DNA of 64,000 nucleotides from Candidatus Sumerlaeaceae bacterium (GTDB lineage Bacteria; Sumerlaeota; Sumerlaeia; Sumerlaeales; Sumerlaeaceae): NCBI GenBank assembly GCA_051003195.1, contig JBPCLP010000020.1, positions 32,001 to 96,000 of the forward strand, read 5' to 3'. Shown piece by piece: positions 38,592 to 49,017 of this stretch (position 1 is its first letter; each line of letters starts with the position of its first letter). The notes under the pieces were generated by a model. It saw only the letters and a program-made list of their open reading frames with translations, ran no database searches and was not told where the DNA came from. The position numbers and the translations under genes were made by a program.

Positions 38592-39770
38592 CTACCGGGG
38601 CACCAGTCGCAGGATTTGGTCGTAAGCAACGCGCCCCTTACCTTCTGGGGGATCAAATTCGGAGGTGGAGAAGTAGAGGGTGCCGTCTGGCGCCTCTGCA
38701 ATTTCCCGAATCCTCCCGAACTGTTTTTCAAGGAGCCGTTCCTGCCGCACAACTCGTTCCCCCTCCAGCACCAGGCGGACGATGCACTGTCCGCGCAGAC
38801 AGGCGAAGAGGAAGTTGTTCTTCAGCTCCGGGAAAGCAGAGCTGCGGTAGAACAGGCCAGCAGCCGGTGCGACGGAGGGTGTATAGACCAGAAGCGGCGA
38901 CTCCATCTCGCTATGGGTTTGCTCATGATGCACAACCGGCCAGCCGTAGTTTTCCCCCGGTTTCAGAGTGTTGACCTCGTCGCCGCCGTCCGGGCCGTGT
39001 TCCGTTTGGAACTGCAAGTTGGTCACAGGCTGCCAATCCAGCCCCTGTGAGTTGCGGTGGCCATAAGACCAGATTTCAGGCCTGGCGCCCTGCTGGCCCG
39101 CGAACGGATTGTCGCCGGGAATGCTGCCGTCGTCGTTCAGGCGCAGCGTTTTTCCTGCAAGACTGTCCATTGCCTGTGCCGATTTCGGATGATCGGCGTC
39201 GCCGGTTGTCACGTAGAGTTTGCCGTCGGGTCCGAACTTGATGCGGCAGCCAGCATGGTTCGTTGCCGCGGGAATGCATTCGATCACTACGCTACGCTCC
39301 CGGAGCTTATCGCCGGACTCACGATAGCGGACTACACGAAGCCAGCTCTTGTCGGCGTCTTTGTAGGTGTATGCAAGATAGAGCCAATGTGTGTCTCCGA
39401 ATTTCGGGTGCAGCGCCATCCCCATGAGGCCCATCTTGAGCGTGGTATCAACGTCGGGCAGAGTGAGCAGCGGCTCGGGCCGGAGCTTCCCGTCCTTGAT
39501 GACCCTTAATCTTCCGGGCCTCTCCGTAAAGAGCAGCCGTCCATCGGGCGTGAAAACAATGCTCCAGGGCACGCGCAGGTCAGTCGCGACGACCTCGACA
39601 CGATACGACGCGAGCGGCCCCGCCGTCGTCTGGTGATCGCCACTGGACTGCGCGAAAGTTCCGACGCTGACGCAAAGCAGCGCTGAGAAAAGACCGCCGC
39701 TCCAGGCCCGCCGGGTTCGCTTCTCGTGCGACCGGGCCTTCAACCGCTTGGCAAAACCTTGAGTGTGCAT
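38592..39770 (-). CDS. PQQ-dependent sugar dehydrogenase (YliI/GSDH family)
   Basis: PWSIVF, TERPGR, HAGCRIKFGPDGKLY, YGHRNSQG, EHGP, NYGWP, GRIRE. Confidence 0.92.
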   Translation of the reverse strand: MHTQGFAKRLKARSHEKRTRRAWSGGLFSALLCVSVGTFAQSSGDHQTTAGPLASYRVEVVATDLRVPWSIVFTPDGRLLFTERPGRLRVIKDGKLRPEPLLTLPDVDTTLKMGLMGMALHPKFGDTHWLYLAYTYKDADKSWLRVVRYRESGDKLRERSVVIECIPAATNHAGCRIKFGPDGKLYVTTGDADHPKSAQAMDSLAGKTLRLNDDGSIPGDNPFAGQQGARPEIWSYGHRNSQGLDWQPVTNLQFQTEHGPDGGDEVNTLKPGENYGWPVVHHEQTHSEMESPLLVYTPSVAPAAGLFYRSSAFPELKNNFLFACLRGQCIVRLVLEGERVVRQERLLEKQFGRIREIAEAPDGTLYFSTSEFDPPEGKGRVAYDQILRLVPR

Positions 39771-39777
39771 GCAGGAC

Positions 39778-42273
39778 TTACTCTTTTCTCTTCATGCGGA
39801 GGATGGTATAGGAATGTGCAGGGAACTCATGTTCGAACTCTTCACCGATCCCCACGACTGGTAGCTGCTTCCAGCGGACGTGGTCGGGAGCTTCCGGCGT
39901 ATTCCTGTCGGTGAGATCGCCAGCCATGATCCACATGTCGGCGGAGACGTCGGGAGCAAACCTCCGGGTGGCGATAGTTGCGCGATGCGAACCGTGGCCG
40001 ATGTTCACCACCTTCAGCACCAGCGTTCCACCGTCCTCACTCCTTGTTGCTGTGACGTCCAACTCATCGTTTGGGCTGCTCACTTCAGCTGCAACCCGCA
40101 GGGGCAGATAATTTTGCGCTGCTATCTGCTGAGCGTAATAAGGGGGCATTCCCCACACTTTGCCGCTCGTGAAAAAGAGCTGTCCCTGGTCCCAGCCATT
40201 GTCGTTCTGCTTCCACGGCTGGAGACAGTTGGCCGGGCAGTCCATCAGAACGTAATCGCCGTGGCGTTCCAATGTGTTCAGCATATGCGCGTGCCCAAGA
40301 GCCCGCTGGAAATCATGCCTGTTCCCGTTCTCCTCAAGCACACAAGCCTTCAGCTTGTTGCCTGGCGTCCACTCCTGGATCAGCTTTGGCATGCGGGAGA
40401 AGATTCGGTCGGCATCATCGGCATCGCGCAAATTGTCACCGCCGACATGAACATCCCAAAGGTCGGCGATTCCACCAAGCTCCTCGACTACCTTCCGCGT
40501 AGCAGGATTGTCGGGCTCCCACCAGGCTGCGACAATGAACTCTAGATTCGGATCGCGCCCCTTCATGGCCTTCTGGAGAACTTTGAACCGCTCAATGTAA
40601 TGCGGTTCTGCCATTTCTTCATTTCCGATCTGGACGTACTTAACGCTGTAGGGTTGCGGATGTCCGTTCTCAGCTCGCCGTCGGCCCCAGTGGGTGGATG
40701 CGGGAGCGTTCAGATAGTCTATGAGATCTGCGGCGTCCTGGGCCGTTTCCTCCATGTTGATTGTGAAGACAGGCTCGAATCCTGCGGCCCGGCAGAACTG
40801 GACGAACTCCTCGATGCCGAAGCCGTTAGTAGAGTAGGGGTACCAATAGCCGTGATACATGTGCCGCTCGGCGCGTTCGCCGATCATCTGTTTCCATCGG
40901 TACTCCGGAGCGTTCACCATCAGCCCGCCATATCGGAGCGTTTTCAGACCTTGTTGTACCAGTGAAGTGCCCAAATCGTTTCGCACAGGAAGGCCGAGGA
41001 ACAGATCCTCTTTCGTCCCGCTGAGATAAGCCTGGTCAACCCAGAGACGGCCCCCGGGCTGATCGATCCAGATCGCGAAACGCGCATTCTCGTCCGTTGA
41101 ATCCGAACGCAGCGTAAAATTATGGCGGGTCCATTCACGGCTACTCTGGTGCAGAACCTGGCGCGCGTACGTGCGGCTTCCATCGGCGCTTTGCAACGCG
41201 ACGGTAACTGCACCGGTGTAACCTTCCTGGCGCAAGTAGACATAACCCTGGTACTCGTGTCCTTCGCGGAACGTGAGACCCCAGCGGTTAAGCCCCCGGT
41301 TCGCAATGCCGACCGTACCGGTTCCCGCTTTCAGGCCAAGCAATTGCGAGCAACTCGAATTGAACGCGTCGTCACGTGTCCACTGGAGATCTCCCATGGC
41401 GTCTCCCGTTTGCACCGTGTCCCACGGAGCGCTGACCCCGGCCCTTGGTTTTGAGACCGGTCCCGCTACATCGAAATCCTTATTCTCCCCCGCCTGTGTC
41501 GAAATGCGGAGATTCCGGAACGAGACGTTGGAGTGCCATGTGCGCAATCCGACCTTCCCGGACGCGATGGGCGCAGAGATGTCAGTATATTCGACTGTGG
41601 GATAGGGTGCATTGTCCAGGAACACCCGGATGGTCGATCCTTCAAGTTCGACTCGCAGGCGGTACCAGCGTCCCGGCACCAGGGCGGCCGGCACCCGGAC
41701 AAGTTCGCGATAGTCATTGCGGTGCCGTCCCAACGAGATATGTCCGCGATGGGTACTCATGCTGATCTCGTATCCGGTCCACGCATCAGGCCCTGGTTGG
41801 GCATCCTGCACGCGCACGATCAGCCCGGCATTTTCGCTGACGAAGTTATTGTCCTCAATCATGACGTCACATTCGACCGTGCCGTCGGTGATCACTGGCT
41901 CGTGCCGGACGATCTTTGCCCCCGCACCGCCCATCACTCTGCAGAGCCCTGGTTCCTCCAGCCACTTTCCCTCGTACACGGACCAGCCTTCTGGCAATCC
42001 CTTCCCAGGCGGCGGCTCCTCAAAACTCTCACCAAAGATCATCTGGGCGTACAGCCCGCCATAAACTTCATGATTTACGTCCTCGATGCACGAGCCGTAC
42101 ATCAGCGGTGTCACGCGGTTGAGAACAATGTTGGGATCCACTCCGATGCGAGAGTCAGCCGCCGCTCTGCAGATCCCAGAAGCGCTCACGCAAAGCACAT
42201 ATATGATTGCCCGCACAAATACGTCGCGACGCAGGCATGCGAGCCGCAGCTCGACCGACTGGGTTGCTGGCAT
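39778..42273 (-). CDS. GH51 alpha-L-arabinofuranosidase-like protein with inserted DUF1080-like domain
   Basis: EDVNHEVYGGLYAQ, LRYGG, FGIEEF, GHPQPY..KYVQIGNE, FPAHSYTILR. Confidence 0.85.
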   Translation of the reverse strand: MPATQSVELRLACLRRDVFVRAIIYVLCVSASGICRAAADSRIGVDPNIVLNRVTPLMYGSCIEDVNHEVYGGLYAQMIFGESFEEPPPGKGLPEGWSVYEGKWLEEPGLCRVMGGAGAKIVRHEPVITDGTVECDVMIEDNNFVSENAGLIVRVQDAQPGPDAWTGYEISMSTHRGHISLGRHRNDYRELVRVPAALVPGRWYRLRVELEGSTIRVFLDNAPYPTVEYTDISAPIASGKVGLRTWHSNVSFRNLRISTQAGENKDFDVAGPVSKPRAGVSAPWDTVQTGDAMGDLQWTRDDAFNSSCSQLLGLKAGTGTVGIANRGLNRWGLTFREGHEYQGYVYLRQEGYTGAVTVALQSADGSRTYARQVLHQSSREWTRHNFTLRSDSTDENARFAIWIDQPGGRLWVDQAYLSGTKEDLFLGLPVRNDLGTSLVQQGLKTLRYGGLMVNAPEYRWKQMIGERAERHMYHGYWYPYSTNGFGIEEFVQFCRAAGFEPVFTINMEETAQDAADLIDYLNAPASTHWGRRRAENGHPQPYSVKYVQIGNEEMAEPHYIERFKVLQKAMKGRDPNLEFIVAAWWEPDNPATRKVVEELGGIADLWDVHVGGDNLRDADDADRIFSRMPKLIQEWTPGNKLKACVLEENGNRHDFQRALGHAHMLNTLERHGDYVLMDCPANCLQPWKQNDNGWDQGQLFFTSGKVWGMPPYYAQQIAAQNYLPLRVAAEVSSPNDELDVTATRSEDGGTLVLKVVNIGHGSHRATIATRRFAPDVSADMWIMAGDLTDRNTPEAPDHVRWKQLPVVGIGEEFEHEFPAHSYTILRMKRKE

Positions 42274-42505
42274 GGTCGCGAAACCTTTCTCGTCGGAGGT
42301 TGTGGCTATGCACCCACAGAGGAGTACGGATCAAGCAAAACGTCTGGACGAGGATCAGCTCCCGTCAATTATGACTTTCTCCTCTTATTGCTTTCCTCCA
42401 AAACTTTGCCGATGTTAACTCTGGACAGGAACCTTCGTGCGACATGTAACGGCGTCTGCCCATTAACCGGCCATGTTCAAGCCAGATTGGAGCAAAATTG
42501 TGTCG

Positions 42506-44770
42506 ATGATGGATAGGCGCCAGTTTTTGGCAGATGTGGGAGCAGGTGCTGTGGTGCTTACAGCCAACTCCGCCCTGCGGCCGGTTGAGCAGCCCAGTGC
42601 TACGCCGGTGCAGTCTGAAGGTACTCAGCACGGAACAGCCATAACCACTGGCGCTGATCCGAAAGCACTGGCAGCGTCAAAAATCGATTTCAGGTACGCG
42701 CCGAGACACTGGCGCACTGCCATCTGTTTCCCCGACGACTCAAACAAGACTCTTGTCGGCGACAAAGGGGATTTGCAATATGCTGCAGTTACCGTTGAGT
42801 TCGCTCTGGCCGGTATGGAACCGCAGAATAGGACGAGGCAAAGCCTGGAAGCGCCGCAAATCCCTGTCCTTACAACAGAGTTTGAAACAGCGGGAGCGCG
42901 TTATTGCCTGACTACCTTTGCGACACAGCGGGCGTCAGAAGGCCGCGTGGACAATGTACTCATGGAGATATGGTCTACCGAAGCGGATTCACTTGATGTC
43001 GTTCCTATACTTACAATGCGAACGATTCAGGCGATGGCACCTGAGAAGCACGACTCGTTCTCCGTGATTCGATCTGCGGCAGACTCAAAGACCCTTTTCT
43101 TTGCGGCCGACGCAATTATGCGAGGGTGTACTCCAATTCGGGGCGACGGTTTTTCTTCAACCGATATGGTTAAAACCTGTGAGTTCGTACGCGGAACTGC
43201 GACGAAGGAAAAGCCCCATCGCATCTTCTTCCGGTTTCCTCAGCAGGGGCAGGATCTTGAAAAGATACGGTCGGGAATCAGCCAGCCGGAGGCACTCCTG
43301 GATGAGACCCGCTTGTTTTGGAAAAAATGGAAACCCCTGGCCGGGAATGTCGGCTGGGAACAACCGAAGACGCACACGGAGTTCCTGACCGCATGTGCAC
43401 GAAACATTTTGCAGGCTCGTGAAGTGAAGGATGGGAAACTGACTTTCCAGGTTGGGGCGCTGGATTACCGCGGGCTATGGATCGTAGACGGAAACTTTAT
43501 CCTGGAAGCCGCACGTTATCTTGGGTATGATGAAGAAGCGCAACAGGGACTTGAGGCAACATGGGCTAAACAGCGTAAGGACGGTGGTGTCTTTGCGGGG
43601 GCTGGTGATAATCATTGGAAGGATACCTCGATCGCCCTGTTCACTCTCGTGCGGCAGGCGGAACTCGCGCAGAACTGGGATTATTTCCGACAGATGCAGC
43701 CGAACATTCTGCGGGCGATTCAGTTTGTCCGCAATCTGCGAGAGAAAGCCCGCAGTCAGCAGGGACCCAGTGGACGCTATGGGCTGCTGGTGCGGGGGAG
43801 TCCCGACGGTGGCATCGCAGGAGATCGGCACGAATTCACCAATACTCTGTGGACACTTGCCGGATTAAAAGCCGTAGCGGAAGCGGCCGAAATACAGGGT
43901 CTTACAGATCTTTCTCCAGCGCGCGCCCTGTATACCGAATTGCGTACTGCCTTTGATGCTGCTGCGAAACAGGAGATGCGCCGCCACCCCAGCGGGTTTG
44001 AGTACCTGCACATGCTCATGAAGGAGGATGAGTTGTGGACGGAGCCTGACGAGTGGTACCAGCCTCGACCTCAAAGCGCACAATGGGCCCTTTCACATGC
44101 CATTGCTCCCGGAAATGTTTTTGCGGCCGACGATCCAGTCACGCAGGGCCACATTCGCCTGATGCAAGCCTGCACGAAAGAAGATGTTCCCGTTGAAACA
44201 GGATGGTCTCCGCACCAGGGCGTATGGACCTACAATGCGGCTTTTGTGGCGCAGGTCTATTTGTGGGCAGGGATGCCTGAGTGGGCCCATCGTACATTTG
44301 CAGGATTTCTCAATCACGCGACTTCCCTCTATACCTGGAAGGAAGAACAGCCTCTGCGGGGATCCTTTACAGGCGCCCTTATCGGAGATATGCCCCACAA
44401 CTGGGCGAGTGCGGAATGTATCCGCTATCTGCGTCACATGCTCGCTCTTGAAGATGGTGTCAAATTAAGGCTGCTTGCGGGGATAACAGATTCGGAGCTC
44501 AGCTACGACAGTTCTTATTCGATAACCGAATCGCCAACGCGTTTTGGCCGCGTCTCGTTGCGACTTGCACCACAAAACAGCGGTAAATCCTGGCGTCTGG
44601 AGTTCAGACGGTCTCACGGACCGGCGCCGGCGCAGGTGCGGCTTCCAGCGAGGCTTGGGTCGAGATTCGTTTTTGCGGAAGCAAAAGGTGCAGCCGACAC
44701 TCGTGATGGACAAGCCGTTTTGCTGACACCCGAGGCTGCTTCCTGGTCAGCAACCTGGACAACGGGTTAG
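42506..44770 (+). CDS. Tat-exported putative six-hairpin glycoside hydrolase
   Basis: DRRQFLA Tat motif; YRGLWIVDG, DGGI, TWKEEQ...GDMPHNWASAE, PTRFG. Family unassigned. Confidence 0.65.
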   Translation: MMDRRQFLADVGAGAVVLTANSALRPVEQPSATPVQSEGTQHGTAITTGADPKALAASKIDFRYAPRHWRTAICFPDDSNKTLVGDKGDLQYAAVTVEFALAGMEPQNRTRQSLEAPQIPVLTTEFETAGARYCLTTFATQRASEGRVDNVLMEIWSTEADSLDVVPILTMRTIQAMAPEKHDSFSVIRSAADSKTLFFAADAIMRGCTPIRGDGFSSTDMVKTCEFVRGTATKEKPHRIFFRFPQQGQDLEKIRSGISQPEALLDETRLFWKKWKPLAGNVGWEQPKTHTEFLTACARNILQAREVKDGKLTFQVGALDYRGLWIVDGNFILEAARYLGYDEEAQQGLEATWAKQRKDGGVFAGAGDNHWKDTSIALFTLVRQAELAQNWDYFRQMQPNILRAIQFVRNLREKARSQQGPSGRYGLLVRGSPDGGIAGDRHEFTNTLWTLAGLKAVAEAAEIQGLTDLSPARALYTELRTAFDAAAKQEMRRHPSGFEYLHMLMKEDELWTEPDEWYQPRPQSAQWALSHAIAPGNVFAADDPVTQGHIRLMQACTKEDVPVETGWSPHQGVWTYNAAFVAQVYLWAGMPEWAHRTFAGFLNHATSLYTWKEEQPLRGSFTGALIGDMPHNWASAECIRYLRHMLALEDGVKLRLLAGITDSELSYDSSYSITESPTRFGRVSLRLAPQNSGKSWRLEFRRSHGPAPAQVRLPARLGSRFVFAEAKGAADTRDGQAVLLTPEAASWSATWTTG

Positions 44771-44952
44771 ACCATGGGGAGTCGGGCTGCTCAAGTTTGG
44801 GTTTACACGTGTTGGTTGCCGGGTCATACTCCTCGTTGGAAGCCTTGGCGGTGCTCGGCGGTGCTGAACATATGCTCGCGCCGGTTGCCACGATGAGTCA
44901 CGTGTTGCGGGTAACCGGGAACGACAACTTCTGCAAATCCAGCCACGCCAAA

Positions 44953-44977
44953 CCAGCTGCATGATACATGCAGCTGG
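44953..44977 (-). terminator. Hairpin terminator between convergent genes
   Basis: CCAGCTGCATG-ata-CATGCAGCTGG perfect 11-bp stem, with TTT after it on the minus strand, about 30 bp after the 45007 stop. Confidence 0.7.
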
Positions 44978-45006
44978 AATCGATGGATGACCTGTCCGCT
45001 CAAAAC

Positions 45007-45699
45007 CTACTTGTTGGGCTGCGTCCTCTGCATCATGTCAGTCGCACCCGCCGGCGGAGTGAACCGGAAAGTCCCGGCAGGTATCGGCTGATTGACCGTC
45101 CAGCGGCTGTAACTCTGCCCACTCATGCGGGGTTGAGTAACCTGGATCGTTGAGTAAACGGGCAGCGGCTGCGCACCATCCGCAAACCAAATATCGCCGC
45201 TGCTGCCATTGCCAGTCGTGATTCGCACATGGTTGGTTGATATGCCACCTATGGTGTCTTTACCGATAAGAGTAACCTGCCGCGCACCCGCCTTCGATCC
45301 GAAGGGCCCTTCTTTCCCGAGAGGACCTGCCAGCGTCTCCTGAAGGTCAGCCATGATATTCGTTTCGGTTGTTTGCTTGCTGATATACTGGTTCTTTTTC
45401 GGGAAGAATGTAGTTCGCTGTGCACCGTTGCGATAGGAGCTGAATCCCCCGCCCCCGCTCAGAGATTCAAACCGAGTTACCATTTTATCGGGCGCTTCGG
45501 CCCACGCCTGCATTCGAGTAGCAATCGGACCTTTGTCGCTTGTCATCGTAGAGACTGTGTCGCAGTAAACAGTTTTAACCGACTGCGCAAACTTGCTACT
45601 CTGCTCCAGGATTGCGTTTCCGTCCGTTGTCTCCGCAACGGCTACACTGCCGCCGAGAAACAGACCTGTGCAGATAACTGATGCAACTCTTGTCATCAT
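45007..45699 (-). CDS. Periplasmic LolA-fold/DUF2092-like protein
   Basis: Signal peptide; APDK...NG..T.F.P..NQY, DIWF..G..PLP, W.VNQPIPAGTFRFTPPAGA. Confidence 0.75.
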   Translation of the reverse strand: MMTRVASVICTGLFLGGSVAVAETTDGNAILEQSSKFAQSVKTVYCDTVSTMTSDKGPIATRMQAWAEAPDKMVTRFESLSGGGGFSSYRNGAQRTTFFPKKNQYISKQTTETNIMADLQETLAGPLGKEGPFGSKAGARQVTLIGKDTIGGISTNHVRITTGNGSSGDIWFADGAQPLPVYSTIQVTQPRMSGQSYSRWTVNQPIPAGTFRFTPPAGATDMMQRTQPNK

Positions 45700-46128
45700 T
45701 CTCTCTTTCAACCCCGATCATTAAGGAGATGAAAGAAAAAACTGGAGCCCGGCAATTTCAAATACGTGTAGAGTTGCTTTCGGGACCAACCTAGGCAAAC
45801 ATGTGGACCCAACAAGGGGACGCCCTTCAAAAAAGTTGCGAGCGCGGACTCAAAGACTCGCTGCTCTCACCCCGATGGCACGTTCTAACACCCCTGTTTG
45901 CGGCCGGCTGCTCAGTCCAGCTTGAGCACGGTGGCATTGCTCATCAAATCCGATTCCAGTGACGAAGTGAGATCTCTGGCGGGTTTCGCATTGACACACC
46001 GCGCTAAGATTTCAGACGTTATATCCAGCTGCCAGTAAGCGTTGGCAGGGTCGAGGAACCCGCTGGCATACAGGCTTAAATGATTGCGGTTCATTTCGGC
46101 AGGCGCGCCAGCGCAGGGGGATGACCTG

Positions 46129-47025
46129 ATGGGCGACAGTATCGGGGAACTGATCGATGAAAACCAGAAGGCGACCGAAGCACTTATTGTGCACCTGGAC
46201 AAGACGCTCGTCATCGCGGCAACTTACGACCACTTCCTGAAGAGAGTGCAGTACGAGGCGCAGGGCGGCGCGATTTATAAATGTAAGGAAACCCTGAAGG
46301 ACGCCACCTTCGCACTGGAAGGCGCCGACACTAATCTTCAGAAAAGCCACGACGCCGCACTCGAGCAGTTGCACGATTCGCACGAGAGAGCGGAGACCGC
46401 AACCGCGCAGCTTCGCAAGCTGAGCGACGAGGTGATTCGCGTCACCCAGGAATACGGCGCGTCCATCGAGAAGATGAACGCAGACGCAACGGAGCTGATG
46501 GACCTCGCGCACCAGCATTTTACGAAAATCGATGAGCAGTGGAACGAGACCGGCGAATCCGTGGCGGAACACCGCGAGCATTTTACGCAGCACGTGGATG
46601 AGTACACGGAAATCGTGGAAGACTCGCGTGACGAGTTGCACGGGCAACAGCAGCAGCTGGAGACAGACATCCAGGAGATCGGACCTGTGCTCGAGCAGCA
46701 CGCCACCCGGCTTGCGGAGATCCTGGAAGAGCTGGCAACCAATGGCGATACCGGAATGAACATGCTGATCACCGACACCGGTGCACTCACAGGCGTATCC
46801 TTCCTCAAAGATGCCCTGGAGAAGGAATTCGAGCGCATCGGCGGAGAAATGAAGGAGATCGAAGAGCGGCTGCTGGACCGCATGGACGAACTTGTCGAAA
46901 CAGCAGGCAAGGGGCAGCAAGCGCTGCACGGTGCCGTCAGCACCACGATGGACGAGGTCGAGGCAGTCTCCGCGTTGCTCGACCAGGTTCAGCCGCTGCT
47001 CAACGCAATCGAAGACATCGATTAA
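46129..47025 (+). CDS. Acidic all-helical protein of unknown function (operon gene 1)
   Basis: 298 aa from ATG 46129 with purine-rich RBS; rich in E/D/L/A/Q; amphipathic periodicity. Confidence 0.8.
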   Translation: MGDSIGELIDENQKATEALIVHLDKTLVIAATYDHFLKRVQYEAQGGAIYKCKETLKDATFALEGADTNLQKSHDAALEQLHDSHERAETATAQLRKLSDEVIRVTQEYGASIEKMNADATELMDLAHQHFTKIDEQWNETGESVAEHREHFTQHVDEYTEIVEDSRDELHGQQQQLETDIQEIGPVLEQHATRLAEILEELATNGDTGMNMLITDTGALTGVSFLKDALEKEFERIGGEMKEIEERLLDRMDELVETAGKGQQALHGAVSTTMDEVEAVSALLDQVQPLLNAIEDID

Positions 47026-47054
47026 CAGGGACGGATGACGGGAGAACGCGCATA

Positions 47055-48041
47055 ATGGGAGACCCGCAAGTCGCACTCGAAAACTCGGTTGAGAATCTCC
47101 AGAAATTACTGGAGGCGCTCAACGGTGCCAGCCAACACGCCGAGCGCGATTTCGATAAGCTGGAGAGCAAGCCCGACGATGACGAGGTGTTGAACGACCT
47201 GGTGGAAAAGGTGAATAGCATCCAGGAGGCGACGCGTCTAAAGTTCGTGGAGCAGCTGCCGAAAGATACAGGGGACGTTGCCACGGAGCTGGGCCAGTTA
47301 GAGATTGCGGCCAAAGGTGCGCACCAGCTGATGGAGAACCTTGAAAAGTCGCTCGAAGCCGCGGACCTCGACCTTGTAAACGCCGTGGCGCAGGCGCAAA
47401 CGCAGCTGCAGGAAGCGCAGTCTACGTCCAGTCTCTCGCAGACCAACCTGACCGAGCATCTCGAGCTTGCCGTGACTACTGCAACCGAAGCGCACCAGGA
47501 GGCGGACCACGTGCACGAGCGGCTCAAACAGCTCGGCGACGACCTCCGCGACGAAACTGTAAAACTTTTCGAGCAGGCGCGCGAGGCGGTGGAGCACGCA
47601 ATCCAGACCGTGGACCAGACGTTGCATGCGTCCGTAGATACCTCCCTGAAAACGATCATGGCGGCACTGGAAGGTCCGATCAAAACCGGGCTCGACCAGG
47701 CAATCGAGACATTCGATGAGCGTGCCACCGTCGACGTCTCATGGGTGGTTCAGGCCAGCACCCACATCGAGGCCGCCGTTGGCGGGGTTTACTCAAACAT
47801 AAACACATTCGCGCGGCACTGCAGTGAGAAACTCGCGACGGAACTGCAGCAGGAGTTCGACAAAGCGGTCGACCTCGCTGGCTCGCAACTTGTCGGGGAA
47901 CTGGCAGAAGTTGTGCAGCTGGTGTCGCTGGCGCTTGTTGCGTTGGAAAGTCTGCGCCCGCTGCTGCCCGAACTCTCCGTAGCCGAGAAGACCCTGGAAG
48001 AATTCAATGCAGTGTTGGAGCAAATGTCGACCGGTCCGTAG
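47055..48041 (+). CDS. Acidic all-helical protein of unknown function (operon gene 2)
   Basis: 328 aa; GGAG RBS; mildly hydrophobic C-terminal helix VVQLVSLALVAL. Confidence 0.82.
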   Translation: MGDPQVALENSVENLQKLLEALNGASQHAERDFDKLESKPDDDEVLNDLVEKVNSIQEATRLKFVEQLPKDTGDVATELGQLEIAAKGAHQLMENLEKSLEAADLDLVNAVAQAQTQLQEAQSTSSLSQTNLTEHLELAVTTATEAHQEADHVHERLKQLGDDLRDETVKLFEQAREAVEHAIQTVDQTLHASVDTSLKTIMAALEGPIKTGLDQAIETFDERATVDVSWVVQASTHIEAAVGGVYSNINTFARHCSEKLATELQQEFDKAVDLAGSQLVGELAEVVQLVSLALVALESLRPLLPELSVAEKTLEEFNAVLEQMSTGP

Positions 48042-48072
48042 TCCGGACTGCCGTTAAGAAAGCGAACCAGCC

Positions 48073-48996
48073 ATGGACCCACGCGCACAAAAGCTCGGCG
48101 AATACGCAGCTAAATTTTACCCGACTATCGAGCTGCAGCAGGATTTTTTCGATAAGATCATTGAAGAAGCACAGGAATCGGAGGACAAAGCCGAAGAAAT
48201 CCTGGAGCAGCTGGAGGAGCTCTTCGCGGAACTTAGCGCCGAGTTGCAGACTTACGAGGAAGAGACCGACAAACAGCAGCAGCAGGTGCAGCTGGACGTC
48301 GAGCACGCGCAAAAGGCGATCGAGGAATTCACCGAGTGGGTGGACCAGCAGCAAACAGAAATGAACGATGCCGTCGCGGCCGCGGTCGAGAAGCTGAAAG
48401 CTGTGCAGGAGCGGGCAGACACCACCGATACCGCCGTGGAAGAACAACTGACGAAGATGACCGCTGCGCTGGCCGGCCTGGACGAACACGTCAAGCAAGG
48501 CGAGGCATCGCTGGAAGCCGTGGTGAAGGAGGCGACTACCACGGTTGAAGCGATAAAGGAATCGCTGCGCATGGCAGTGGAATCGATGCACGCAGATGTC
48601 GACGCGCTGGAAGCCGAGATCGTTCGCTCGCAGGAAAACGCCGAGAATGGCATTAAGGAATTTGGCACGCAACTCGAAGAAGTTAAGACCGCATACATCA
48701 AGCAGCTCGTCGAAATGGAACAGGAAAAGGCAGTGGCGCCGGGCGATGAGCTTATCGAGGCGCACGAGGAACGATATGCCGCCGCCCGCGAATCGGCAGA
48801 CTCTTCTCAGCAGGCTCTCATCGAGGCGATCCAGGAAACGAGCGAGGAACTGACCAGCGCCAAAACCGCACTGGCGGGCGCACGGCAAACCGCAGATCCG
48901 TTTGTGGATTCCTTGCAGGAAATCGTGCGGCCGCTGGGCGTAAGCCTGGAAGCCGCGCGCGATGCTGCCGGTAAGCTCGGCATCGAGTTCAAGTAG
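48073..48996 (+). CDS. Acidic all-helical protein of unknown function (operon gene 3)
   Basis: 307 aa; very rich in E/A/Q; coiled-coil-like. Confidence 0.82.
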   Translation: MDPRAQKLGEYAAKFYPTIELQQDFFDKIIEEAQESEDKAEEILEQLEELFAELSAELQTYEEETDKQQQQVQLDVEHAQKAIEEFTEWVDQQQTEMNDAVAAAVEKLKAVQERADTTDTAVEEQLTKMTAALAGLDEHVKQGEASLEAVVKEATTTVEAIKESLRMAVESMHADVDALEAEIVRSQENAENGIKEFGTQLEEVKTAYIKQLVEMEQEKAVAPGDELIEAHEERYAAARESADSSQQALIEAIQETSEELTSAKTALAGARQTADPFVDSLQEIVRPLGVSLEAARDAAGKLGIEFK

Positions 48997-49017
48997 ATCA
49001 GGAGAGGAACGAGTACC

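Noticed and set aside
45876..46025. TGGCACG (45876) and TTGACA (45991) as promoters of the four-gene operon
   Set aside because: No TTGC at -12 for the first and no -10 box at 16-18 bp spacing for the second.
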